A DNA stretch of 64,000 nucleotides from Octopus vulgaris (GCA_951406725.2 OX597818.1:10168001-10232000); one strand, 5' to 3'. Numbered from the stretch's first letter, positions 39,232 to 52,453 are shown. Translations and numbers: made by a program. The notes: generated by a model from the sequence alone, not told the origin.

Positions 39232-42200
39232 TAGCTGAAGGTGACCCGCTCTACGCGCGGGTAAGACTGTGGTATATATATATAAATGTATACAAATTAT
39301 ATATATATATATATATGTAAATACAGATATATGCACTTTGTATATATAAAGATTATTATATATACATATTTATATATAGATACACAAACACATATATAAA
39401 TTAACCCAATAAATATCTGATTCATAATATTTGTTGTCATGATTGAGTGGTGGTTGTGGCGATGATAATTCTCTATGAATGCAGACAGACGTGGAGAGTG
39501 AGAGTGTGTGAAAGCGCTGTAGAAGGCAGGGAGGGGGATAACGGACGCTGTGAAACGACATTATAAAGAGAAAGTGAATGTAAGGGAGGTAGACGCTGTG
39601 AAACGACGTTATAGATAGAAAGTGAAAGGAAGGGAGAAAAGTGAGTGAGTGATGGAGGAAGACAGATACATAAAAGAATGAGAGTGTTGGATGTTTTGTT
39701 TGTTGGACCAATGTATTAAGGTAGTATTGTTTTATTGTTTAAAAACGAAAGAGGCAATGTGTTTGTTTCAAAAATTAAAAAATCTGTTATAGTGAATGAA
39801 ATTAGAATTCACACCCAGCTCAGTTTTGTAGAAAGAGTATCACGATGTGAACTCATGAGTTGGGAGTTTGACTGAGAGAGTTTATATGGTGACACATGCC
39901 AGTCCTTTCGACACCACCTAAACAATGGAATAGTGTATAAAATATAATTAACAACTCATTCACTTTATGAATGTCTTATGTTAGCGAAGAAACAATAACT
40001 TGACAAAACCGTTTAATGGAGACGTAGAAGGAATCGGAAAATGAGGAATAAAGAGAATGAGTTGGATCAAATGTTTGCAAACATCTGAACCCAATGTTCT
40101 TTATGAACCATGTTCTTTTTAATGTCTTTATTTTCAAGAATGAAGAGATAATGAAGAGGTGCAAAATAAAAAATCAAGCAAAATTTCATGACTTACAATC
40201 AGTTTTCTTTTGTCAGAGCCTCCTGATAAACCACGTTCCTTGTGCGCTCATGATTGCCAAGAATGAAGAGTTTATGTGGATTTCCAACTCGAGAACAGGC
40301 TACGTACAATTGACCATGACTGAAAACCGGTTGTGACAGGTTAATGCCTACAATGTCCAGTGATTGTCCCTGTGACTTGTTGATTGTCATCGCGAAGCAT
40401 AGTTTTATTGGAAATTGAAAGCGTTTAAACTGAATGGGAACATCAGAGGGTGAAATACTCATTTTATGTATCATTTTGATTGTTCCTACAAATGGTCCAC
40501 TCAAAATTTCAGCAGTTATAACATGGCTTTGAATCCTCCTAATAACCATTCGGGTTCCATTGCATATTTCAGGCGTTTCCATATTTCTGAGCACCATGAT
40601 TGGAGCACCAACTTTCAAACACAAATGATGAGGTGGAAGTCCCGGAGGTGTTAGCTTGTTGAGTAGCTCGGGTGGATATTTGACTGCATCATTCTCATAT
40701 TTATTTGTATCGATGGACATGAAAGAAACTACAGGATTCATATCAAGTACTTGTTTATTTGTAGCATGAGCTGTTGTATTATGAGGCGATAGAATAGCTC
40801 TTGCTCTTAGCCAATCGAGATCCTGGAAGTTGGTTTCGACGTCAGGTAAAACGGCTCTTATAAGTTCTTCTACATTTGGAACGAAATTCCCAAAAGGCAA
40901 CCGAATATGCTCATCATCAACGAAAGGCAAAACTCCATCACCAAGATCTAATAGGTGTTTTGCGAAAGCCTCAGACTCCACATCACCATGTAGGTGGACT
41001 CTCATGTTTGTTTGAAGATGGCGACTGATAACACTGTGCCACACAAAAGAATGCTTTATACATGCATTAACCTCATCAGCTCTAGTGCCTGCTCGGACAA
41101 CCGGAAGAGTTTGTCGAAAATCTCCTGCCATGAGAAACGTAGCTCCACCCATTATTTTTGTATTTTGACGCAAATCTTGGAGAGTTCTGTCAAGAGCCTC
41201 AAACATGGCCTTATTACTCATTGTAGCCTCATCCCAAATAAAAAGACTGCATTCACGAAGAAGTCTTGCTCTTGAGGAACTACGATCTATATTACATATA
41301 GGATTATCTTTCTTTCCAATGTCCATGGGCAATTTGAATGCACTATGTGCCGTACGGCCGCCTTGAAGCAGTGTCGCTGCAATACCACTTGAGGCACTTG
41401 CAATGGCAAATCGACGTTCAGCGCGCAGCTTTGCGAGAATCAAATTGATAACGAAAGTTTTACCAGTACCACCTGGAGCATTCAAAAAGAAAAGCTTTCC
41501 TTGTTTCAATCTAATGCTGTCAATAATTTCATTATAAATCTCTCTTTGTTCAGGCAAAAGTCTTGGTTCATCTCGCGTAATTGTTTCCGTCAATTCGGCA
41601 ATGTTGTAGTTGTTTTCTGACATGTATTCAACATCCAAAGGCGCTTCATGATGGACAGGTGTTGGCAGATGGAATTCACTTAAACCGCGTATAACATAGC
41701 GTCTGATCTGTCTGCCCATGTCGATTAATGCCTCATTATAAACATCGTCGTTGCCATCACGTTGCGCTAAATTAGCCTGTATGTCCTTTGATAGGGTCTG
41801 TCTGAACGATTCCCAAAGGTTAAGAGGGTTGCTGGGATTACAGTGGATTAATATGCTACAAAACAATCGACGCATTTGCCATGGCAGTTTACAATTTGAG
41901 GCCTCTGCCAATGTCCTGTGTAAGTGGTCGTCATTGAGAAGAAGTCCGCGCCTCAAACATGCTTTCCTGTAAGTGGCGCAGATGATGCCATCAACCGTGC
42001 GAAGATCAGCAAAAGACTTCGGTCCAGTAACTACATGAAGTAGCATTCTCAAAAAGATTTCCTGTTTGGTAGGATGGATATTATACACACGCCCAATGAC
42101 GTTCTTCCTAGAAACACCGGGCCAATTGTCAAGTTCTGTTCCATGTGACCTGCGCTTCCAATTATTGTTGTTGTATGTGTAATATTCCGGTACTTCAGGG

Positions 42201-42895
42201 TAAATGAGAGTAGCAGCAAACTCATCAACTGAACACAATTAAAAAAATGCTGTAAGCGTAGTCCCTTTTGGATTTTCAATGACTTGACGTGCATTTTTCT
42301 CTGTGAAGTAAACCAGCTGTCTCTTCTGTAAATGAACATTCAGGTGGAAAACTGATGGTGAGCTTAGATGAATCTCGTATCCAAAAATGCGCCACGCTGC
42401 TTAATTGGAGGATACATACCTACCCCAAACGAATTGTTTAATTTCGTCATGTCTAAGGTCTTCATCACTGAACACAAACACGGCCATATCATCGCCCTTA
42501 TTAATGTACTTGCAGAGGTATTGTATGCATCTCACCGAACTGCAGTACTCGACATTAATGTGTGCATTAAATGTTTTGGAAAGCAAAGGGTTGAATGGAA
42601 CGATCCAGACATTATCAACATCGAATGTTTTTAGCCGTTGTCTAATTGTAGTTGTGCGGCCACCCAAACCTGGGTCACGTATATGAAAGAGAGGACGGGA
42701 AAATGAAATATTTTGCAATGTCAACATGATTTGTTTTAAGAGAAAGATTGTCATGATTGTGTGTTGGTTATGGCGATGATAATTATCATTAGGAAAAACA
42801 TAAGTTGTGGTGATGATAATTCTAGACCCCTTTTCACATTTTGATGAAGAGAACCCGATTTCATTCGGGTCTACTGGGGCCACATATAGGGTGTG

Positions 42896-42976
<81 letters not shown>

Positions 42977-43066
42977 ACTGTAGAAATTAAATTAGAGATC
43001 AAACCACTAACAGGGAAATGAAACAGTAAAAAAACAAAAACATAAAAATATAATATTAGATATATG

Positions 43067-43097
<31 letters not shown>

Positions 43098-43517
43098 TGA
43101 CAGGTAGACAATAGAATGCGATGGCGATGGGGATGGCGATGTAATATTTGTTACTGTCTATGAACGCTGATAGATACATGAGTAAAATGTATAGGAAGGT
43201 AAGAAATAAGAGTGAGTGAAAATGTTCTTGGAAGAGAGTAAATAGCTACAGAGTGATTTGAGGAAGACTTTACATTAAATAACGGTAGTTGCATTGTCAA
43301 ATGAAGAGGAGTGACAGAGTACTGGAGGAAATAGGGTGAGGTAGGAAGATGGCCCCTAGCAACCACACCTTTTAAGATAGGGATTTGTAAGGTAGCCCAC
43401 GCGCATCGTCACATCATTCTACATGTCCGTGTAAATTTTGGAGCGAATCGGACGGGATGTAGTGACATTGAAAGCGAACCAAGCGGTAAAAACGCATTTG
43501 AGTTTTATATATAGAGA
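39231..43517 (-). mobile_element. Helitron with both termini, internally deleted
   Basis: Minus strand 5' A|TCTCTATATATAAAACTC at 43517; 3' hairpin ACCCGC-GCGTAGA-GCGGGT (39244-39262) then CAGCTAG|T at 39231; A/T target without TSD; encodes a RepHel remnant. Confidence 0.93.
40199..42690 (-). pseudogene. Helitron RepHel: PIF1-family helicase ORF (40199-42238) plus Rep C-terminal part
   Basis: Walker A APGGTGKT, WDEATM, GDFRQTLPV, NGTR, FAMTINKSQGQS, HGQLYVACSRV. Upstream in the same frame, past stops at about 42240 and 42402: VDNVWIVPFNP..FNAHINVE, YLCKYINKG, DEIKQF..GRYVSSN*AAWRIF. The HUH motifs are absent. Confidence 0.93.
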
Positions 43518-43532
43518 TATGTATGTATACAT

Positions 43533-45700
43533 GATGAGCTTAGTCTTCGCTCATCCCAAAAAACTAAGCCTCACCCGATCAAAATGATCGACTGGGAGGA
43601 AGTCTTATCTAACCCCGATATGTCCAAACAATTTACTATTGAGGTCTATAACAAATTTCAATCTCTGTCTACTTCTGAAATAGATGCTGAGAACATTGAG
43701 GAAGTATACAGCAGCCTCATCAAATCAACAGAGGAAGTTGCACTGGCTACTCTTCCCAAAAGGAAGAGTAGGGGCCAGAGCAAAGCTTCTAATTCCCCAA
43801 ATGTCATCGAAGCCAGAAACCATCTAAAGTCTATATCACTAGCTTACCACCGTTCTCCATCCCAGTCACTGAAGATCCAACTCATAGCTGCCAAGAAGAA
43901 TCTTGATGAGGCTTACTTGAACGCCGAGGTTGACTTTATCAATGGCAAAATTAGTAAACTATCCAAAGAGCACATTAGTAAAAAACACCATCTCGCCTGG
44001 AAATCCATCAAAGACCTATCAGGCAAAAATTCTGGGTCATCAATTAGAATTAAAGGGGGATCAGCTAAGAAGCGTTTAGAAAATTGGTCAACCCATTTTA
44101 AAAACCTCCTTGGGAAGAATGCCAAAATCCCTGATAACCCCACTCTCCCAAGTGTGCCTATATCAGACACGCTGGACATCAACACCTCACCTTTTACCAT
44201 ATTTGAACTAACAGCAGCCACCAAGCAACTAAAAGCCTCGAAAGCATTTGGTCCCGACAACATTCCGGCTGTGATTTGGAAGGATGATAGATTTCACACA
44301 CTTTTGCTTAACCTCTGCAACCACACACTTTCCACCTTTGTCGCTCCAAAGATTTGGCACCAATCTCAAATCATTCCAATACCCAAAAAAGGCGATTTGT
44401 CCCTCGTCACCAACTACAGGGGCATATCTCTAATGTCAATTGCTGCAAAACTGTACAACAAACTGATCCTAAATCGTCTTGTCCTTTTTGTTGAACCTTC
44501 GCTCCGAAAGAACCAAAATGGATTCAGACATGGGCGCTCAACGCTGAGCCAGATACTATGCCTGCGCAGACTTATTGAAGAATCAAAAGCATTTAATCGC
44601 GATCTCGCAATGGTATTTGTAGACTTTTCTAAAGCGTTCGATTCTGTAGATAGGTACAATATGTTTGAAATCCTTAAGCTCTATGGGATACCAGACAAAA
44701 TTATTTCTGCCATCAAGGTCCTCTACACAGATACGTCTTCAACCATCTTAACCCCTGATGGAGAAACATCATCTTTCTCGATCGAGGCCGGAATACTGCA
44801 GGGAGACACACTCGCCCCATTTCTTTTCATCATTGTTGTTGATTATGTGCTACGTATGTCAGTTGATACCATCTCTGGCAAGGGCTTTGAAATAAAACCA
44901 AGAAGAAGTTCCAGACACCCAGCTGAGTACTTGACAGACACTGACTTTGCTGACGACATCGCTTTTAGTGATTCTCTCTCCAATGCCCAGTCTCTTTTAC
45001 AATCTCTTGAACAAGCCTCAAATTGTGTAGGTCTTTACCTCAATGAGACCAAAACTGAATACATAAACAAGTGCCTGTCCAACAGTGATTGCATCATCCA
45101 CACTCTCAACAGTGCACCTTTAAATATGGTTTCTGATTATAAATATCTTGGGTCATACATATCATCATCTGGAAAAGACTTTCTAACTAGAAAGGGTATG
45201 GCCTGGTCAGCCTGTAATGACATGCATAAGATCTGGTCATCAAATCTAAGTAGAGACTTCAAACTTGAAATATTCAAAGCCACAGTCGAACCAATTCTAC
45301 TATATGGCTCAGAAACCTGGACGTTATCAAAGAAGCTTGAGAGGCGGTTGGATGGAACCTACACTCGCCTCCTTATGAGAGCTCAAAATCTCTCGTGGAG
45401 GCGCCATCCAACTAAAATGCAAATATATGGGAAATTACCACCTGTGTCATCTCTTGTGAAAGGTAGGAGAGTCCAGTTTGCTGGACATTGTTGTAGAGCT
45501 GAAAAAGAAGTAATTTCTACTCTTCTCCTCTGGAAGCCATCTACTCGCAACACCAGAGGGCGCACACTCTCCTACCCTGATGTAATCTCCAGGGATACAG
45601 GCATCCAGCAACAGGACATCCGTAATGCTATGATGGACCGTGAAGTCTGGCGCAACATGGTAAATTCCATTGTCTCGACCACGGTCGAACAATGATGATG
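43533..45700 (+). mobile_element. RTE-clade LINE, 5'-truncated, with (GAT)n tail and 10-bp TSD
   Basis: TSD ATGTATACAT at 43523-43532 and 45701-45710; tail TGATGATG; contains an uninterrupted RT ORF. Confidence 0.93.
43584..45695 (+). CDS. RTE non-LTR reverse transcriptase (703 aa; AP-endonuclease domain lost by 5' truncation)
   Basis: KAFGPDNIP, IPIPKKGD, NYRGISL, QNGFRHGRST, FVDFSKAFDSV, GILQGDTLAPFLF, FADD, YKYLGS, LLYGSETW. Confidence 0.93.
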   Translation: MIDWEEVLSNPDMSKQFTIEVYNKFQSLSTSEIDAENIEEVYSSLIKSTEEVALATLPKRKSRGQSKASNSPNVIEARNHLKSISLAYHRSPSQSLKIQLIAAKKNLDEAYLNAEVDFINGKISKLSKEHISKKHHLAWKSIKDLSGKNSGSSIRIKGGSAKKRLENWSTHFKNLLGKNAKIPDNPTLPSVPISDTLDINTSPFTIFELTAATKQLKASKAFGPDNIPAVIWKDDRFHTLLLNLCNHTLSTFVAPKIWHQSQIIPIPKKGDLSLVTNYRGISLMSIAAKLYNKLILNRLVLFVEPSLRKNQNGFRHGRSTLSQILCLRRLIEESKAFNRDLAMVFVDFSKAFDSVDRYNMFEILKLYGIPDKIISAIKVLYTDTSSTILTPDGETSSFSIEAGILQGDTLAPFLFIIVVDYVLRMSVDTISGKGFEIKPRRSSRHPAEYLTDTDFADDIAFSDSLSNAQSLLQSLEQASNCVGLYLNETKTEYINKCLSNSDCIIHTLNSAPLNMVSDYKYLGSYISSSGKDFLTRKGMAWSACNDMHKIWSSNLSRDFKLEIFKATVEPILLYGSETWTLSKKLERRLDGTYTRLLMRAQNLSWRRHPTKMQIYGKLPPVSSLVKGRRVQFAGHCCRAEKEVISTLLLWKPSTRNTRGRTLSYPDVISRDTGIQQQDIRNAMMDREVWRNMVNSIVSTTVEQ

Positions 45701-48479
45701 ATGTATACATATATACGACGGGCTTCTTTCAGTTTCCGTCTACCAAATCCACTCACAAGGCTTTGGTCGGCCCGAGGCTATAGTAGAAGACACTTGCCTG
45801 AACGGGGTGCCCGCAGTGGGACTGAACCCGAAACAATGTGGTTGGTAAGCAAACTACTTACCACACAGCCACTCCTGCGCCTATTGTTTAAAATCGACCA
45901 AAAAAGATTTTATTATTAAAAAGATTAATCTCTGGTGCCGATAAAAGTCGACAGTCCTGGGATAAGATATGGAATAAGCATGAACAACACAATTCTGGAG
46001 CTGAATATTTTTGTAGCTTGAAGAAAAGCAGCTTATCCCCAGCAAGGAGATATCCACTTTACCGCAAATAGTATAAAAAATATAGCCAAAAAGATGAGCA
46101 ATTGGAAAGCAGCAGGATCTGATAGTGTACAAGGATTTTGGAAGTTCAGTAGGTACCATAAATTGATTGCAGAGCAATTAAATGCATTGATCGATGGAGA
46201 AGAAGAAATCCCGAACGAATAATGTTGTGCATGAAGGATGCATCGAAAGGGAATGCTGCTGAGAATTAAAGGCCAATTTCTTGCCTTGCATTAATGTAGA
46301 AGTTACTGTCAGGAGGGACTGCAGAAGAAATGTACAAATTTCTTGATGATAACAACATCTTACCGATGGACGAAAAGGGTTGCAGGGTGAGATCAGAGGT
46401 ACCAGAGACCAATTATTGATTGACAAAATGGTAATGCAGATGGTAAGCGAAGGAGGATAAAATTTGGGGATAGCCTGGATTGATTCCCACAAAGCTTACG
46501 ACATGATTCCACATTCGTGGAGCATCGGATGCTTAGAATTGTCTGGAATAGCAAAGAATGTAACATGTTTTCTGAAGGGAAATATGGTGGGGTGGGAAAC
46601 TGAATTAACATTGTATGGACAAGGCTTGGGTATTCTGGTCATCAGGATAGGGGATTTCCAAGGCGATATTTTATCTCTATCGTTTTTTGTTCTTTGCATA
46701 ATTCCTCTAACCTTGATCTTGAAGAAAATGAACAGGGGATATCAGTTAAAAGGAAAATCCCAAAGAATCAACCACCTCCTCTTCGTGTATGATTTGAAGC
46801 TGTATGGCAAGGATGAGGCACAAGTGAGTTCTTTGGTGAAAGCGGTCCATTGTTTTAGTGCTGATGATGACATGAAATTCGCGCTCAAGACGTGTGGTAT
46901 AATAAACCTGAAATGAGGCAAGATACAGTCTGGCAGGGATAGAATTACCTAAGAGAGAAGTCATTAAACAAGTTGATAGGGAAGGTTACAAATACATTGG
47001 CATACTAGAGTTCAACGAAACCATGGTTACGGAGATGAAAGAAAAACTGAGAATGGAACATTTCCGAAGACTAAGATTGGTGCTGCGCTCAAAATTGACC
47101 GGATGGAATAAAATCACTGCGGTGGGGAGCTGAGATCATAAAATTGGCAAAAGAAAGAACTGACGAGCATGGATGAGGAGACAAGGAAAACATTGACAAT
47201 TCACGGAACATTCCATCCCAAGAGTGACACTGATAGGTTGTTTACTTGTCTAGAAGAAAGGGTGGAGAAGTTTGATCAGTTGCCAGGATTGTATAGAAAC
47301 AGATGAAAACAGCTTAAGTATGTAAAAATGCCGTGAAGTCATTGCTGAAGCATGTGTTGAAGTCTGGTGTCATCAAAATTGATAATTATGTAAAGAAAGA
47401 AAAACTTAGAGAAAAGAAATAACATGGAAGGGAAAAAAATTATTGCAGTTTGGAAGAGATAAGAACGCCAAGACAGATACCGAAGACTGGTAGTTATGGA
47501 TGTAGTAGGGAGACCTGAAGATAGAGATAGAAGCGCTTAGATGCACAACACAAGAACAAATATTAAGGACCAACTATTTGAAGTGCAGAATTGATAAAAC
47601 AACTGTGGGCGATAAACGCAGAATGTGTGGTAAAAGAGGTGAAACTGTACGGCACATTGTTAGCGAATGCCCGAAACTGGCACAACGCAATTATAAAAGA
47701 CGACATGACAATGTGGCAAGAATGCTCTATTGAAAGCTCTGTGGAAAACACGGCCTACAAAGAGCAAAAACGTGGTATAACCAAATCCCAGGAGGAGTTA
47801 CCGAGAATGGAAACTAAAAACTCCTATGGGATGCATTGATTCAGTATGAACATCGGAACCATGACGTTGCTGTGGTGAACAACAACAATAACAAAAGTAA
47901 CAGCAGCGGCACCAGGGCAAAAAGCGGCTCTTCTTGCGCGTTGCAAAAATATTTGCCATTGCTCAATTGGACAAAAATGAACCATCAAAACTTAAAGCAA
48001 GTATTGAGACACGAGCGTTAGAAATACTAAACACACGAAACTAGCGCAGGTATAAGAGCAAAGAGATATAAAAACGATGTACAAAGATGTATATCGTCGA
48101 AAAAGCATATACTGTTGCAAATCTCACCAGCACAATCTAAGCATGAAAAGAGTCCGGAGAGACCAGGACATTATCGTTCGTGCCAACCATTTAATACAAT
48201 GCTCTTACTGTAGACATGACCTCCTAGACTGACTGATTCTTAGACATTTTATTTCCATTAAGCTGATAATACTGTTAAGTTTTTAATGTTATCAGTTTTG
48301 TAAAATTAAATTGAAATAGAATTATTGATGTGGAGGAATTCTGGTAAAAATCATTAAGATTAAAAAATGTGTTAATGAAAATATTGATTATGTATAATTT
48401 AGTGATAACACAGTAAAATAAATACTCGAGTTATTACAACAAAAACATCTCAACATCCCGTGTAGATGTGAGGAGCTTA

Positions 48480-49795
48480 CATTGATACCAGTTTCCCTAG
48501 AACAGAGATTGCTCAAGGTAAAAAAATCGCAGAACTACACTTCTGATGGGAAGTAAAATGAGTTGTGTTGAAAGAACCTAACTCACTTGCTTGAAGTAGA
48601 AATTTTGGAAAAAATTCGATTGGATTTAGGTGCTATCTGAGACATTGGATAGGTTTCACGACCAAATAGAGATCCAATGAAGACAAGAACTGCAGAAGGC
48701 AGTGGAAAGTAAAAGACATGTATCCCATAACTGTGGCAACACCAATCCACTCAAGGCCCTCTACAGCACACAATAAGAAAAATTGACCGCTGAAAGAAGT
48801 CTTCCACTACTGCCAACACCATAACATCTAGAACGTCATTAATAACTACAGAACTGAACCACCAACGGCAACACTAACAACAGCGTACAACCACAGTAAC
48901 ACTGACTGCAGCGCCAACGGCACGGATAAAAGCATCACCTACAATAAGAACAACAGTAGTAAAAGAAGCTGCAATATGAACAACAGTAGCAAAGTAACCA
49001 AAACAAAAAAAGTAAGGGGCGTTCTCTTAGTTACAACATCAGTGACAACAATAACACCAGAAAATCACCAAAACAATCAAAGTGCACAAACAAGACAAAA
49101 CTACTCAAGGCATGCGTCCTCTTCCATTGGACCACTTAGATATGTGTGATTAAAGTCACGAGGTAGGCTGTAAATGGCAGAAGTATCCAATAGATAGGAA
49201 AGAAAAATGAAAACCATTTTGTCAATAAATGAAGCTGGGATATCCGAAAGAATGGAAGAGATGCATTTATGCAACGACATACAAGTATTACTTCAAAAAA
49301 CAAAAACAATACCAATATTATCAACGGCATCATCATCATCATCACCAACACCACAGATACCACTAGCACTTCAAATGTAATTCACACCAACACCAACAGC
49401 TACAAGACGAACAAAGAAAACGAAATCATTAACCACGCAGCTGTGTACACAAGCAACAAAGAAATCAGTGAATCACATAAAACAACACGGAAAAAACATG
49501 ATGACTACATCCTTGCAACGCACGGTATGATGACACTCAGAAAACCATAAAACCAGATATCCGATGGAATGAGAGATTTCCGAAAAAATATTAACAAAAG
49601 ACTCTATAAAGGTTAAATACGTGAAGACACTCCCAATTAGCCAGCAGGAAGGGAAATTTGTACTTTCACAAGAATGAGGTAAGTAGTATTTTTCATTTTC
49701 CACCCTTTATTCAATATGGCCTTACTCAGGATGGGTAGTGTGAATGCATGTGGCCTGAGGTCGCCATAGAAGTATGACAATCTGCTTAACAAGTA
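48480..49795 (+). mobile_element. Decayed L1/Tx1-like element: ORF1 remnant and start of ORF2 endonuclease
   Basis: ESKRHVSHNCGNTNPLKAL resembles a decayed CCHC knuckle, followed by a long Thr/Asn-rich low-complexity tract. At about 49716, MALLRMGSVNACGLRSP*K matches the APE N-terminal pattern (SxNvrGL). Confidence 0.45.
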
Positions 49796-51544
49796 CTGGT
49801 CAATAGATGACTAGAATAAGATGTCCAGTGTTACTGGACATCTTATTCCAGATACTTGCAGATTTTTTTTTATAAAATCAGTTCTTTTGTTGTTTACAAT
49901 GGAAATTGTAGAGGTGCGGCAGCGATAGCAGTGCGGTGGTAGTTGCAGTGGCTGTGACGGTTTTAGTATCTGATGCAGCGTTACTAGTGGGGTGACTGAT
50001 GATGACGGTGGCGGTAGTGGCGTTGTAGAATTATTGATGATGTTTGGAGATGCTGAAATAATATTGATGGTAATGCTGGAAGTGTTAGCAATGTTGTAAT
50101 TTTTTTAATATGACACTTAGAAATGAAAAGGAAGAGGCCTTGATCATTTGCGATATTTCTGTGAATGGTGACAGGTAAAAAGAGCTAGTTATCCTCAGAC
50201 GAAAAGACTTCCAATGGCGGATTTGGTGATTTTTATTTTTGTTTCTACTGTCTAGATCTAAGATCAGCCTTGGTCCACAAAACTATAGGCCATCAGCCTT
50301 GGTCCACAAAACTGTAGGCAGATATTCAAATATTTCAATAATATACAGACCAATATACAGACCAACATTGCATGGAGTCAAGTTTGGCATTGCAAGCATG
50401 TTCTGTTGTTTTCTTTATGGTCTTGTCTATTTTCAAAGCACGTAGCGGCCACAGATACCACGATCAAGGTGGACTTGCGCAAAGTATGACATTTATTGTT
50501 ATTCTTCACCTATTCACGGTATGTGCATTTATGAAACAACGGCTGCTATTGTATATTTTATTCAATTTCAATTATGTATCTGGACTGAGACGGGGAGATA
50601 AAGCTTTGTAGAATGAAGTTATAGCAGTGGTCTCTGCGACTGTGGCACACGTAGCGTCCGAAATGTTGCGGTTCCTAGTGACTTCTGCCGCAACGTATTG
50701 TATTCCATAAATCCATAAAAGTGTTGTATTCAACATGAACCCAGGTAATTTGCGCTGCATTGTCTGGATCACTATGTGCAGCTTGTTTGCCCTGTGAGGA
50801 TGCGATCTGCCTTATATTGTGTTCTCTCCTGATTAAAACGCGTAGTTCTCTGTTCACTATTGCTATTCATATTGATAACGAATTAAATACTAACATACAT
50901 ATGCAATATTCTGGTCTAAAATATTGTTCATAAGGCTGTGAATCTTGTCTGTCCTTGCAAACAGGAAAAATTACTGGAACAGTATAAATAAAAAAACTGA
51001 ATTATTTTAACTACTTTAGCCTCTAAGCTCACACTTTATCTCCCATAAAACATCTTACAAACAGTTATAGACTGTTTTGTTTTCCTGAAGAAATCCATTG
51101 ATAAATTAAAGAAAACATAACTAGCAAAATTCTGACAATCAAATGACAAAACCAATAAAAGAGAACTTAATTTTATTTTTAGACCAGACAAGAATAGAAA
51201 TAGAATTATCATTAAAACAAATAAACGATAAAATGAGAAATTTTTTCTCACTCAATTTCCTCATCACTTATGAATTTCCAATGATTACTCCTTAAATTTT
51301 TTAGAGGTAACATGATGGATGACAAGCAATAAAAATAATGAGTGTTAGGTGAAAAGTGCCTAAACTTGATAGCGGAATACTTGTACAAGTAGTAGCATCA
51401 TCCTGGACGATATTTAGAAAAGTATTCTGATAATTTGAAGAAATGTTGTGGAGGCGAAAGTCTTGAAAGCTTAATATTCCATTTCTTAAGGTGATACCCC
51501 CTTGACTTTTAGATAAACAATCTTTAATGGTTTGGTCAAGAGAA

Positions 51545-51910
51545 AGTAGTTGCACCTGGACCATTCCCGGCTCACTGAGATCGGTGAGGTCAGAACGGTT
51601 AATGTTTCTCTTAAACAATTGCAAGTTGATGACTGCAGAAAAAAACATACATGGGCTGGGGAGGGAGTTTGTGGGTTATGTCATTCTGGAAGGAAAGGAC
51701 TGGGTGAAATGGTAGCGTGGGGTCTGAGTTGGAAATAATATGGTGGAGGAGAAGGAGGAGAAGGAACAAGCTGGCGTGGCTATGGAACGAAATCAGTAAG
51801 CAGCTCCGAGAGGTAGAGATCACTATATTAGAGGAAGCACAGGCAGAGAAAGAAGAGACAATAAGTCTATGAGCCAAAGGTTGGTGTGTGTTAGTTAGCG
51901 ACTTCATGTC
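51545..51910 (-). mobile_element. Decayed CR1/Jockey-like LINE 3' end
   Basis: SLTNTHQPLAHRLIVSS...SELL...NSLP..VF...INLQLFKRNINR.DL, matching the typical C-terminus QPLxHRRxVxSL...WNSLP...LQxFK. Confidence 0.65.
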
Positions 51911-52453
51911 AATCAGTCGATTTTTTTTTTGGTTTTTAGTTTTTTTTTCTATTCTGTCTCTATTGCTTTGTTTGCTGAAGAATATTTAAAATTGATTTGC
52001 TATCAGAGCGAAAAGATTAGATAATTATAGGTTTCAGGCTGTAAACGTGATAAATGTCTCTAAGATTGAAGTTACTGAAGCACCAGTATTGCTCTTTTTA
52101 CTGGACAATATCCAATTGTTTCTTCGACTGTATGGTCAGTCGATTGTTGTTTTTGTTTAACCCTGAGTCAGCCTAAGTGATCAGATCTATAATATGATCA
52201 AAGCTGATCCAAGCATAACCGTCCCGAATTATTTTTTCAGATATAGTATACATGGGGCTATTTTATCCAGCGTATCTATCTTTAAAAGTGGCAGGGCGGG
52301 ATTTGTGTAAGATTTGCTTGTTATTTCTTGGAAGTCTAGTAATTATGTAGAAAATTACCAAAAGTGGTGGGATGCAAATTTACCAGGGAGCAACTAATAG
52401 GGTGCTTATGTTCGTTTCTGGGTCAAATGACCCCTTAATTCATACAGCAACTA

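Larger units (their letters stand above)
38954..45882 (-). mobile_element. SINE family A split by Helitron and RTE (3' part 38954-39230, 5' part 45711-45882)
   Basis: The two halves rebuild one family A SINE on the minus strand, and both insertions lie in its internal TA/CA microsatellite. Confidence 0.85.
38625..47870 (+). mobile_element. R4/Dong-like LINE split by nested insertions (parts 38625-38953 and 45883-47870)
   Basis: Left part KGLNVVIEEIKQSILA...EQYQ*NG/L continues at 45883 as LFKIDQKRFY. Further on: AWIDSHKAYDMIPHSW, GDFQGDILS, INHLLFVYDLKLYGK, YKYLGILE, DLKIEIEAL and CRMCGK..ETV.HIVSECPKLAQ. Confidence 0.8.

Noticed and set aside
40199-42238. Host PIF1 helicase gene
   Set aside because: It is intronless, in frame with Helitron Rep motifs and enclosed by Helitron termini.
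51301-51648. 115-aa ORF behind a strong-looking acceptor (TTTTTTCTGCAG)
   Set aside because: Its start is the C-terminus of a decayed CR1/Jockey-like LINE, and the rest has no recognisable homology.
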